Assembly: GCA_949358305.1 (NCBI GenBank)
Contig: OX442314.1
Coordinates: 17,918,001-17,982,000, forward strand
From: Strigamia acuminata
Lineage: Eukaryota
Length of the DNA: 64,000 nt
Reading direction: 5' to 3'
The notes beneath the pieces are model-generated. The model saw only the letters and a program-made list of their open reading frames with translations, was not told where the DNA came from and ran no database searches. The stretch's first letter is position 1; every line of letters begins with the position of its first letter. A program made the translations under genes and the position numbers. Positions 28,415 through 40,707 of this stretch are shown piece by piece.

Positions 28415-31400
28415 CAAAAAAATGAGCATGTGTATTTTGTCTTGTGTAAGTTGAGCTGCATGAGAAATAATGTTGTAACCAAATAAACAACAGCAAGTGA
28501 GAAAAAGAGGGATTATATTTGATTGTAAAAAAAAAAATGATTTGTTGTTAGAATAATTAGATTAAATCTTAGAATTAAATAAAGGAGATTAAAATGGTTT
28601 CGATTAAAATCAGACGAGTCAAGTGGCAAAAATGAAGACAGAAGTGTGAAAATGGGGAAAGATTAACATCTGTGGGAATTTGCTCAACACATTCCTAACA
28701 ACTTTTAGGAAATTTGACCTCAATTTAAAATGAGCAAATTCTTGGAAAAACTCATGGGACATACTCCATTTACGAGTTCTGTAAATAAATTAATTCCCTC
28801 AAAAAAACACCAAAAAAAAAAAAAAAAAACCCAAAAAAACCAGAAAAAATAAATCTACCCTCGTTCCCTCCTCCTCGATCCTTCCCCAAAAAATTCAAAC
28901 CCAAATAGAAAAACTAGAAATGATAAATATTGCTTCCTTTCACAGTTGGTTGGTTTGCTTCGTTAATTTTCATAGAAAAATCTGTTGCTAGTCAAATAAA
29001 TTTTTATATTTCCTCTCGACACCAGCACAAAAAGTGACATATGGAGACTCATTAGCAAGAGAACGCCAAGCAAAACAACCCTTCCATCACCAAAAAAAAA
29101 GTGAAATATTTAAAATGGAAAATCCCACGATGTGAGATATTTAAAAATATACTCTCTCCCTCGACGCATAAAAAAATGAAAAATTAAAAAATAAATACCA
29201 ACTTTACTCTCCTTTTCCCAGCACTTTTTTTTTGCTGCAAACATGCTTTTTCCCTCCTCATTCATTTGATGTGTGTGGCTACGAACACCAAGATGCAGAT
29301 GTTTTCTCAAAAACACTTTTCCCATCACGTTCTCAGCTGCGTTTATTCCCCTCCCAACCGCAAAAAAAACCATGTATTGTTAAACAGCGCACTCTACACT
29401 TGTAATTAATTTAAAATATTCTAATCATTTCCAAAAGCTAAACATTTTTATTTAAACTTTTATCTTCTTTTTAATATCCGATGAAATTTGATGCCGTATA
29501 ATAAAACACTCTATTTTCCTCAATTTATTGCCTAAATTCTAGCCTTTTTTTCACTTAAAACTCACCTAAAACTTGATCATGCCCATCACCTGGCATCAGG
29601 TGTGACCATGAAGTGCAAAATCGTGACTTTTCAACGGAGAAACTCAACGGCTCCGGACCATTATTTGAACATAACTTGGTAAGTAATTTTTCCAACTCTT
29701 TCACGGAATCTCAGACAAGATAATTGATATAAAAAGAGTCCTATAAACATTAGACCTTATGCACAGTAGCAGTATAAGCGGAGGCAGCTGACAGGCCATC
29801 TGGTCTGGGATTAATCATCAAACTTTATGCGAGTGGCGTGCGTGAATATTTTTTTAAATCACTTTCTCATACCCTTTTCTAACTTTATATCAAGTACGTA
29901 AAAAAAATCAATCCACAAACGGAAAAATATTTTTTTTTTCATAAATTCATATTTTTTACCACACATAATTTCTATTTTTTTTAAATTCAAAACATGTGGA
30001 AGTTGTAAAGTCTGGATGAAATAAACCACAAAACAAAAAGTTTGACGACATTTTTAAGTCTCATGCAGTTCAAATTTCTTGCAAAGCATTTCAACATCCA
30101 TAAAAAAAACACCCACGATGTATATTTTTTAGCTCATCACGTTTAATTATGCAACCCTTAAGATATATATTTTTTTTTCCAAATACATTTTTCATAAATA
30201 AAAACGAAACGAAAAAATAAAAAACACATTTAAACATGTGTTCCCTTTTCAGTTATATTCTCATTTTTATTTATAAACGTAATTAGAATTAAGTTGCACA
30301 TGTGCATCAAGAAAAAATAACCAAATACAAATAAACAAAACTAGAAAAGAATAAAACGCTAAAGTCCAATGTTTGAAAAAAATGACTTCAGCCTGATTAC
30401 CTAAATTAAACACGCCATTTACCTTTTTTTTTCCTTCAACAAAAAACCCTTTTATCTCCTTTTGTTCAGGCACATATGGTCGCTTTGGTGGTTCGTTTTA
30501 TCTTTTCACTTTTTTTTCCTTGCTTAAGAATAAGTTATTGAAACAGCGGGGCAATAAAATAAAAACAGCTCCATAAAAATACCGAGCACAGCTTTCCTGT
30601 CCAAATACCTTGGTTTTGAGGGCAATTCTATAAATGGAGAAATTAAATCTAAAATGCAAACTCATTTAATTTCAACACCAAAACACATCCAAATTACTTT
30701 TCATTCAACCAAATGCATTTTTAAAAAAAATCTGCATTCTTATTTCATCTAAAAAAAAAAATTATTTTTTTAAATCTCATTTTAGAACATCTTAAGTTTT
30801 TGGGAGATTTTTGATAAATTTTTTAAAATATCTCACTTGGCAACGCACCAAATTCGATCAAAATAGAACGTTAAAAAATTACGTACGTATATACAAGAGA
30901 AGCGGAGGAAAATCACGAATATCTAAAGAAGTTTGAGTAATTTGGCAACTTATCTATCACGATGGACTTGGGCCAGAAAAAAAATCCATTTCCTGAATGA
31001 ATTTTTAAGCCAAGCATAGCACAAAAGACCCTGTCGACTGCAATCAAAACAAAGGATCAGAACGAGGGGATTCGTTAATTACATCTTTTCTTTCGCTGAG
31101 CGATATTGTCTACACACAAACTCCAACTAAAAATAGGTGTAAAATTTTCATTAAACAAAAAAGAAAGATCCCCTAAAATACAATTTCTATTCCATTGTTC
31201 CTGTCTCTTTTTATAGCTGCCAAGACCTCATTTTATTCCTAGGGGACGTTCTGAAGCGAGAAAGGAAGGAAGTTTTAAGGTTGGAAGCGGCAATAAACAC
31301 TTTACAAATCTGTTCAAAACAACAGATTGATACAAATTAGAGGCTCAAATAATTTCCTCTTTTTTATATAATATAAACGATTCAAGTCAGCTTAGAAATG

Positions 31401-31635
31401 AAATTAAAAATCCATTTATACTTTTATTCGACAAGTTCACACCTAAGCAGAATCTTGCATTGCAAATTCCGCAGACAAAGAGATATGGCGCCGTTTTACT
31501 CCCAACAAATAAACATTCAGATATTTCAATTAGTTAATTTAGCCTTTATAAAAATAACTTTCCTCGAATATGTCTTCGAAGTAGTCAGTGTTGAGGGATG
31601 GATTCACCATAAGTCAATCTCCACCTCACAGTGGT

Positions 31636-31708
31636 TCCACGATGGCTGAGTGGAAACACGTGTAAGTGCGCGTGCCACTTGTTTGTGGTTCAAATCGCCA
31701 ACCGTGGG
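31636..31708 (+). pseudogene. tRNA-like sequence: tRNA-derived SINE head or tRNA pseudogene
   Basis: A box TGGCTGAGTGG (31643-31653), B box GGTTCAAATC (31687-31696), ends TCCACGA/CCGTGGG pair like an acceptor stem, 73 nt long; the anticodon and T arms do not fold cleanly. Confidence 0.55.
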
Positions 31709-32919
31709 TCCGTCCCCTTCATCTCTCTGTCCCATAAACCACCCCCTTGTGCAGGATATTTTTGAAAGTCATCAATTATCCAAATGACAGACTGGTGTCA
31801 TGATAGAAAAAAATAAAAATATTTCAAAGGGCAAAACAACATTTGTTCTAAAATGGGAGAAAATCTGTCGCCTCGAAATCTTGTTCTCCTCCACAGATCT
31901 AATATTAATTTCCTGTCTTTTCTGTCGGGGCATTTACAACGTTTTAAATGCAATTTCTGACTAATTTTATTGTGTTGATAACGCGCGTTCGGACAGGATT
32001 TCCTTCATGTGTATTCATACTGTTTCTCAAGATAAAAATTCTCTACAAATTCTTAACATGTTCATCCAACGTTTTTTCCTAGAATTACACTTAATAAAAT
32101 CATTAAAATTCAGTATTCACGGACCATTCACAAAAGACGTCTTTGGCAAGCCACATATTCTGCTTGCAAGGTCTTATAATCAAATTTGAAATCAACTTTC
32201 AGCGTCAAACTTGTCACTTTTTTTTCAGCCTTTGATCGGGATTAGGCAATAGCGAGTAAAATATGAGAATACATCTTGAAATTCTTCAGTGTAATCGCGA
32301 TCTGTGGGTTTGGGCTGTCAAAGGTAGACACGACACAGCAGCAGATGGAGAGAAAGAAAAAGAGAGAAGTTAACTGGCCGATTAGTGTTGAATTACTTAG
32401 AGGACGAAATTTATGGATTCACCCCACTTTGGGCGACAAGCATCAAGGAAGAGAGGGGGTCGGGAGCTCGCAAGAAGCACAAGGGAATGCGCCTCACAGC
32501 GATCTGGACTTGTGCCTAATGCATTTTGCAAATTTAGCTGAACTATGATAAAGAAAAGTCGAGAGGTGGCAGCAAAAACATATTATTCTTAGATCTTATA
32601 CCGCCTTCCACTACAAACAGCTCAAAATGTCAAAAGCAAATCTTTAAATAAAAAATGGAAATAAAAAAAATATGGCAAAGAATACCCTTTTTGTCTTTCA
32701 TTCCAATCACAAATTCTCCAGCACCAACTCACAATCTGCAGCCACTATAATAACAATTATAATAATAGTTATATTTTAAAACATATATAACCGATTAGCG
32801 TGCATTAAATTACAGCTGTTTGCAATGCTTTTTCGACACGCAATTGCAATTCAATAACTTCTTTCCAGAACACAAAGTACAAATACAACCTAGCAGTTTG
32901 TGATTTGATTAAATCCAAC

Positions 32920-32967
32920 AAATTTTGCATTGATTAAAAAGAATTCCCTTTAATCAATGCAAAATTT
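32920..32967. repeat. Perfect 19-bp inverted repeat with a 10-nt spacer
   Basis: AAATTTTGCATTGATTAAA (32920-32938) and TTTAATCAATGCAAAATTT (32949-32967). Confidence 0.9.
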
Positions 32968-35492
32968 AAATATAGTCGTTTAGGAGACTTAAAAATACCT
33001 AACTGTCTGTACTGACATTATTTCCCAATAAGCCCAATATTAAACAGCTTGCGCATTGCTTTTACTTTTTTCCGCATGAATTATGGTATGCTAATTTTTT
33101 GATTGCTAAAATTTGACACCTTAAAACCTAAAAAAAATCAATCAAAAAAAAGTCCTCGCGCTAAAATAATGGGTTTAACCTCGTTTTAATTTTTTTTAAG
33201 TGGTCCAATAAATTCGGAACACACCTTAAAAGTGTAATGTCTTGGAAAAGGGGCATTTATTGGTTTACTGACGCGTGAACAGGTATTTTTTTCTCAAGCT
33301 TTCCCACTGAGAATTGATAATCACAGTATTACCCTTATCCTCATGCAAGGCTGAAAAATAAAGCAGATCACCAAGAGCATGGTTGCTCCTGCACGTGACC
33401 CTAATCATCAATCATACTGTACGAGCTTTATAAAAAAAAAAAAGAGAATAGGAAAAAAGTACTACAAGAATAATGAAATGATGCCAACCTCACACATAAT
33501 AGTAAAGTCCTCTCCTGCCAAAAGGCCTTTTTTCAATCAACTTTTTTAACCTTCAAAAGACGTTTAACATTGACAAATGGTGTTTCATGAACACTGCACG
33601 TGCAATATCAAATTTTAATTAAATGATGGATTTTTCAACAACGAAAACGATCTCTCACAAACACTTTATCACACTCCATCACTGAATTCCATTTGCATTT
33701 TACATTGAGTAAATTAAGAAAAGGACATTTGAAATTATTCAAACGTAAAAAAAAAAAAATTTCAATCTTGCCTTACCATTTGTGACCTTACATCAATGCA
33801 TGATAAGTATATATCAAATCTACATCTTTTAATAGGAAGTTGTATTTTTTTTAATCATTTTTTTGTCATTATAATAAACAACATGTTGAAAAAATTCGAT
33901 TAATAAAATTGATGACGATATTTTCAGTTCCGCTTATTAGCTCGTAGAAAGTTATCAATTAGAAAATAAAAAATAGAGATAACCTAAATAAAAGTTCCAT
34001 TTAAAAATTACTTCTTTCTTAATTGTTGATTGCTTTCCCGATTATAAATGCACGAAATTAAATACGTGAAACAGGAGAAAAAGGCAAAACATGTCCTTTT
34101 TTCAAGAAAGTTGTGCCCTTCAACCAACAAAACATAACTAATAAAGCACGCAATGCAAAAACAAAAAAAAAAATATATCTCACGAAATAACCTAATCAAC
34201 TTAAACTGCCATAAAAATCGTTTCACATACTGTAGATAGAAAATAATAGCATAAAAACAAAAAAAATAATTATAAACAACATTCCTCAATTCGGTGCATT
34301 AGTTGCTAAGAGATGGCTCAACAAAAAAAAAAGCAGAACTTGACAAAAGTGAATTAAAAACAAAGATTCAAAGAAAAAAACAAGTTAGAATAATATTCTA
34401 AAAAAAAAAATATTAATTAAAATATGAACTAATATTTTGTGAAATAAAAGAGTCGACAGCTGAACACAAATGTGAGTGATGAGTCAATAAGGTAAAATTC
34501 AATAGCTGTATGTTAAAAACGATTTGACACTTCCTTGACATTTATTTTCTCATAAATTTTGCCGAGAATTTTAAAAAGTCCAAAAAAAAAAAGTTTTTAC
34601 AACGTTGGCTGCGAAATTGAATTTTTTTTCCTTCAGAATTTAAACCCGACAATTAAATGTTATTAAACTTTGTTTATAAACATTTCATTATTGCCTTGGA
34701 AACGAGGAAAGCAAAACGAGCTTACATCCTTGTTCAATGTTACCAAACTGAAATAATCAATCCTAATTAATTCATCAATATATCACCATAGCAACCAGAA
34801 AATGTATAAATCCATTTCAACAATTTACAAAAAATTAATAATAACAATTTTACTCCTTATCGCCGGAATTAATAGGAAAAAAAAAGATCAAAAAGAACAA
34901 ATAACATCTGGCGCTTTTGTTTACGTTAAAAATCACTACCCTAGGCTTATAAATAATTGATTTGTACGTAATGCCCGAGCAATCATTTCCACCCTAACAA
35001 AAATTAAAAATCCCAAGTTTGTAAAACGTAACACAAAACGACTAAAAATGAGTTATCCCAAACGGAAACGTGAGATCAAAAAGTATTATTTATCCCTTTG
35101 ATGATGTGTGTGGAACGATGTGTGCAGCTACACACAGTCTGAAGGAAGTTCTCAGTTCTTCATTCATAACCACTACTTCGCAATAGCGAGGTTATTTTGC
35201 TGAGTGGAAAATGGCAAACTGTATTGATCTTACACCCAAGGAAAAATAGCAACTCATTTTCAAAATAACTCCAGATTCAATGGAACTTTTTTTTAAAGAA
35301 AAATAAATAAATAAAGTTAAAAAGAAAGAAAAAATACCTGTTAAATTCTCGTTCAGTCCGATGAACTCAATCTGAGTGATGAGAGCACTAGAAAAACAGA
35401 TTTGGAAAACGTTTAGATTTTTAAACTGTCCTCATGTTTGATGAAACCGACCGAAGCTAAAATATTAATCGAAACACGAGAAATTTTCTGAC

Positions 35493-35506
35493 GTTGCCAT
35501 GGTAAC
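35493..35506. promoter_or_regulatory. RFX X-box GTTGCCATGGTAAC
   Basis: Matches GTTRCCATGGYAAC exactly; neighbouring sites at 34302-34314, 34782-34795 and 36683-36696. Confidence 0.55.
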
Positions 35507-35721
35507 ACAGTATTACTTTCAAACCAAACAAAAGATAAATGTGCGTTTGTTGTCACGGAGACTCAAATGTTTGGATAGCGTTCAGATTTACACAAATCGT
35601 AAATTCAAAGACATTATAAACAATAAAATAAACAAAACAAAAACAAAAACACGTACCAAGATTTAAAAAAAAAAGAAAAACATGGGTTAAAAGAAATAAA
35701 ATTGTTATTATTATTATTTAC

Positions 35722-35762
35722 CTCATGCGAGCATTTGTCAAAAAGTGAACTGCAGCGTCCAT
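35722..35762 (-). CDS. Candidate short first coding exon (MDAAVHFLTNARM-, phase 2)
   Basis: GCGATGG start context, 13 open codons, donor GAG|GTAAAT; short, so chance cannot be excluded. Confidence 0.25.
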
Positions 35763-37621
35763 CGCGCGTCCCTGTTTTAAACTACGATCAGAGTTAAGAG
35801 AAAGTTGCCATTTCCAGGAAGTTGTAAATACAAGTTCATTTCCTTTTTTATTATTTTTCCTCTCGGTTTTCTAAACCTTTATTTAGGCCTAAAAAATGAA
35901 CGCTAATTATTTATTCACCGATTTAAATTCCATCAAAAAATGTTAATCAAAAGCCAAGGCTGATGTTCCCGCCTGGGGCCCTTATATCAGTTTCAAATTT
36001 TACTTGATTGGCCCATTGAGTGACAAAAGGGCCTTTTCTCATTCCCACATACAAATGGGGCCATGAATTAGATCCATGTCAAATAACAGTGACAAGCTTG
36101 AAACCGGATTTAAAAAAAAATTAAGAGAAAGGAAAGTTAAATTCAATATAAAACCCATTAAGGCTCATTACCCCATTTGGGGCTCTTTTCACAGGATATG
36201 GGGCTCCATACTCCCAAGATTTGAGTTGAAGCCCATTAAGAATTGATCAGGAAATTACAAATCTGGAAAGGACAATGTGTCCTCTCCTCAATTTCAAATT
36301 GAGATCACTTGTACAGGAGTTTGCCAAATCAACTTTAATCAGATTATCATCCACTCCCACCCTATTTTTCCCATCAATGTCTATCAAAATACTTTTTCCC
36401 ACAATGCACCGTCTCAAAAAACCTATCCCATCACGTACACAACGTACGTACGAGTGCACACAGCCCTGATTCGATTAAAATATCTAGTACTTATTTGCTA
36501 CGTACCCCTTTAGCTCCACTAACGATTCAGATTGAATGAATGACATTTGCAGATTTGCTTTCCCTTCCTTCAGATCACTTGCTCTCCGCAATGGATAGTG
36601 GGAAGAACACGTTTATTACGTCATCAATTGTGGTAAAATGATTTTTCCCTCAATTAAATTAAATCAATCCACATGTGCTGTGGTTACCTGGGCAACCGAA
36701 TTTTATTTATTGACAACTAACAAAAGGCGGCCATATTTAATTACTGTCTTTCCCTCGCCATCAAATGAGGAATAAATGATTCGCAACATAGAGACGAACA
36801 ATGCTGATTTCAACAGTTTCGCCGAATCTGTTGAGCTTGGATTGATTTATTTTTTGTTTACACGTAACTAAAGGGTTAATCAACACCGTACAAGGGAAGG
36901 GTGTGGGATTAAGAGGTGGGTCCCTTTTTCCGGTTAGGTATGTACGAAAACATAATTTTCAACCATTATTTATCGGAACAGGAATTGACCAACTGATATC
37001 AAAAATAAAAAAAATAAAAAATATACAAAAAATTCGAATTAAATTTAGACCTTTTTTTAATGGAAGTGATTTTTTTTCATATTTAACCCGAAAGAACTTC
37101 CACATAACACAGGATGTTTATGTCACGACTCTTGTAGGCCTTTTGTGTCTATAAGTGAGGTATAAATTTCCTGCGCCTTGTGTCAGATTACCAACAGTTT
37201 AACGGTGTTGGTGAAATAGAAAACTCGCCTTGCCTTGCCCCAAACTTCACAAATATACACAAAACACAGCTGGAGAAAGGTCATGATGCTTCCTCCAACA
37301 TTAACACCTTCTCTATAAGAAAATTGTAAACAGTTTTCAGAAAATATATTCGCCCTTGGAGACCCCAAAAAAAATAACTTTTTTTTTCTTCGTTTATTTA
37401 TAATTGTAATAATAACAACCAACAAAAAATGGTTGAGAAATTCCAAACTGTAACTGGAGAAGAAGCACTGTGACACTTTTATAAATAAAATACTAAACTG
37501 CTTGAACATTTCAACAAGAGGAATATCCTTTTCCAATAATTCCAATAATTTTTATGGTTTCTTATTCAAACATTTTGTTTCTTTTTTTTTGGGTGTAATT
37601 TCATAATTGTCCCTATTTTAC

Positions 37622-37700
37622 CGAGAATGATGGCGACCCAAAACTTCGAATCAAGCCAGCGCCGACCGACTCCTTTAAGAACTTCTACCAGAATGTTTAT
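37622..37700 (-). CDS. Candidate 79-nt exon (INILVEVLKGVGRRWLDSKFWVAIIL-)
   Basis: Acceptor TTCTGTTTTCTCTAATGTAG|, donor TCG|GTAAAA; one frame open; GC-richer than its flanks. Confidence 0.3.
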
Positions 37701-40516
37701 CTACATTAGAGAAAACAGAAACAGGAAATGGACTTGGATATTCCTATGTCAGATTCCAAGCAAAAAAACAGGTAAAAATTGAAATAGAAAGTTTAAATAA
37801 AAGCAAACAAAAAGGATGTGTTTAATTTTTAGAAATCTGACAGAAATAAAGTATGAATAAAATTAATACTAATAATAATAATGAACCGTTATAAAAATTA
37901 TTATTATTATTATTAACAAAAAAATGGTAATCTGATATATAAATTAGTCCCAAAATGTAGACTTTAAACGAAAATGTGAAATTGTTATTTACAAATTGTG
38001 ATTACATTTCATTTATTATAAAAAAAATATATGATAAATATATTTTTTTAAACAAACAGATGCTTTATAATTAACAAAATTTCCTTCCAAAATTCCCCCA
38101 GTGCATAATAAAGTAATTAAAAATCAAAATTGCATGCAATATTTAAATTTTACTGTTCAATTAATGATTCATTCAAACTTTAATTATCTTTTTGTGTGCA
38201 AAGTTTAAGGATTTAATTTTTAATTCCATTCTTTATGCTTTAAACTTAATTTACAAACACAATGTAAGAAACACAGCATAAAACAAATCCATTTTTCCCG
38301 CCAGAAAATTTGGGTCGGACGACTTTATCGCATCATTTTAATCATCCTCCAATTTTTTTGTGTCATCATCATTTTTCAACATCTCAAAACTCAAAACTTG
38401 CATTTCACACACTCCTCAGTTCCTTCCTGTGACCTCATCGCACCAAGTTGCCACGTTTTCTGTTTCTCAGATCAGCTTTAAAATATATTTTTTACCCCTT
38501 TTATCATTCCCACATATGTGGTAAAAGTTGACTGACCTTGCCTAATGACTTGAACATCTGTTCATCTTTTCTCTCTATGCAAGCAGCATGTAAATTTGTC
38601 TCATTTTTTTTCTTTCATCTCCTCTCATATAGTGCACTACTTTTTAATCTGTCACAATCTCATTTTTCAATTTTCCCCCGCTTCAGTCAAATAAAAATAA
38701 AAATTTCCCATATGCTTCATCCACACACATCATCTCTTTTTTCCAATGCAATAGAGTCATCCACTCAACAATTTTTATATCTTTTAAGACTCCCATTTTT
38801 TCCTAATATAAAAAAAAATAATATTTATTTTTTTTATTTTTTTTTCTCTAAATTCTGGTATAAATTACCCCTCTCTTCAGCATTACGGATAAAAATAAAA
38901 ATTAAAAATCCTAAAAATATAAAATTAAAAAAAAATTGATTGAAGCAAAGTTATTTTTACTCAATCTTAAAATTCTCCAGCTCATGTCAGTGTGATTACA
39001 ACGAAGTCAAATCTTTTCTAGCACTGTTAAATTTATGATTGATAAAATAGCCTTCTTTTTTGCTCGTGTGAGTATTGAAGCAATTGAAACAGTAGATGCC
39101 TTGATTCGTCAAGTGCGCAACCATCATAAATCGACCGATGTACAAAAAGCATCTACGAAATTAACTCACTGAATAAACCAATTAAGCTTGGTTTCAATCT
39201 TAAAATAGGTTACAAACGTGAAGATTGTACAAGATTAATGCAAGTAGAGCGCTTAACAGATGCTCATACCTAATAAAAGTCTATTTACCAAAGCCATTTA
39301 AGCCGTCATTACCATTACAATTCCAAATGATAATTATACTTGCAGATAAACATTTTTAAATCAAACATCGAGTTCTATTAGAACTATCTGGACTAATAAA
39401 CTTACAAATGGCAAATTACAGATAATAAAACCAGCAATTGCATCAATTGCGTATAAATTGTCCAAAGCAGAGCCATTTTAACTCAATTTCACGTAATGCC
39501 ATTAACGTTTTTACCTCCGATGTCCCCATGTTAATGTACTAATTTCCAAACCTTGGTCCGCTTATTTGAAATAAGCTTTCAAAAAAAATCAATTAGTGCG
39601 AAATCATGAACTGAATAAACATTAAATATAGAAATATTGCGTAACAAATTTAAAAAAAAAAAAAAACACGATTTTAAAATCCACACGTGGCAAGTCAAGT
39701 TAACAAGCATCAGTTTGGACTAGAATAAATTGTGCGAACATTCAATGAATGAATGAATGAACGAACATCTCAAGAATGAAATGCCGGAATTCAAGGAGTG
39801 GAAAGAAAGGAAGTGGGTGAGTTTTACTGATGCCATCAAGCGATGCACTTTGCTTTTATCTCTCTTCACGGTCTTCTCTCTCTCGCGCGCTCCCAAATGA
39901 TGGAATAACAAGATTCGCCATGATCGGTGAGCACTGTAGAATTGCAGCAAAAACGGCGAAGCAAACCGAAAGAACGTGAATGACCGACACTTTGGATCGT
40001 CCTTGTTAATTAGGTGTTGTCACCTCGGCAAGTTTCTAAGAAGGAATGAAAAACACTCGAAATGGGCGAGGCTCAAGATTTGCTAATTTCCTTCTGCCAT
40101 TGGTAGAAATCTGAAAGAAGGGCGAGCAAGAAGGAAATTTCTCGACAGAAACAACGAATTAATCTTCCCCTTTAGAGTTGAGGGAAAAAAAAACCAGCAA
40201 AACCGCAAACATGAAATGGTCATTTCAATTTTCAACCCTTCCGTGACTTTTACACGGATGATAGATGGTACGATCAGATTACAAGCATTTTCCACGAACG
40301 GACTGCGCAACAATAAAAAAGGACAAGATAATTAGAATCAACTTTTCTTCGCAAACGACATGAATTTCAAATCCACATTATTAATTTTTTTTTTAATTTT
40401 TTTAATTCTCCAAACCTGCCAGCCTTTAATCTTCCTATATTTAGGTATAATGATTGCTTTTTTGTTGCACTAAGCGTGCGGACGCAGTTAGAAAAGCAAT
40501 GCGATGTAAATGTCAC

Positions 40517-40707
40517 CTTAATCTGTGATCGTCAATAATTTTTAATTGGTGCTTAAACGTAGGAATATCAGTAGAGTCGTCATTCATTCTGCGCAAGCAG
40601 TGCAATAATAATAATCTTAAATCACGTCTCAAAGAGTCAACTTTTATCTTCATCTCGGTAACACACTTGACGCACTTGTCTACGCCATCAATTGCATGAA
40701 GAAACAT
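40517..40707 (-). CDS. Candidate alternative first coding exon (MFLHAIDGVDKCVKCVTEMKIKVDSLRRDLRLLLLHCLRRMNDDSTDIPTFKHQLKIIDDHRL-, phase 2)
   Basis: 63 open codons with protein-like composition, unlike the F/K-rich spurious ORFs nearby; ends at AAG|GTGACA; Inr-like TCAGT on the minus strand at 40855-40851. Confidence 0.45.
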
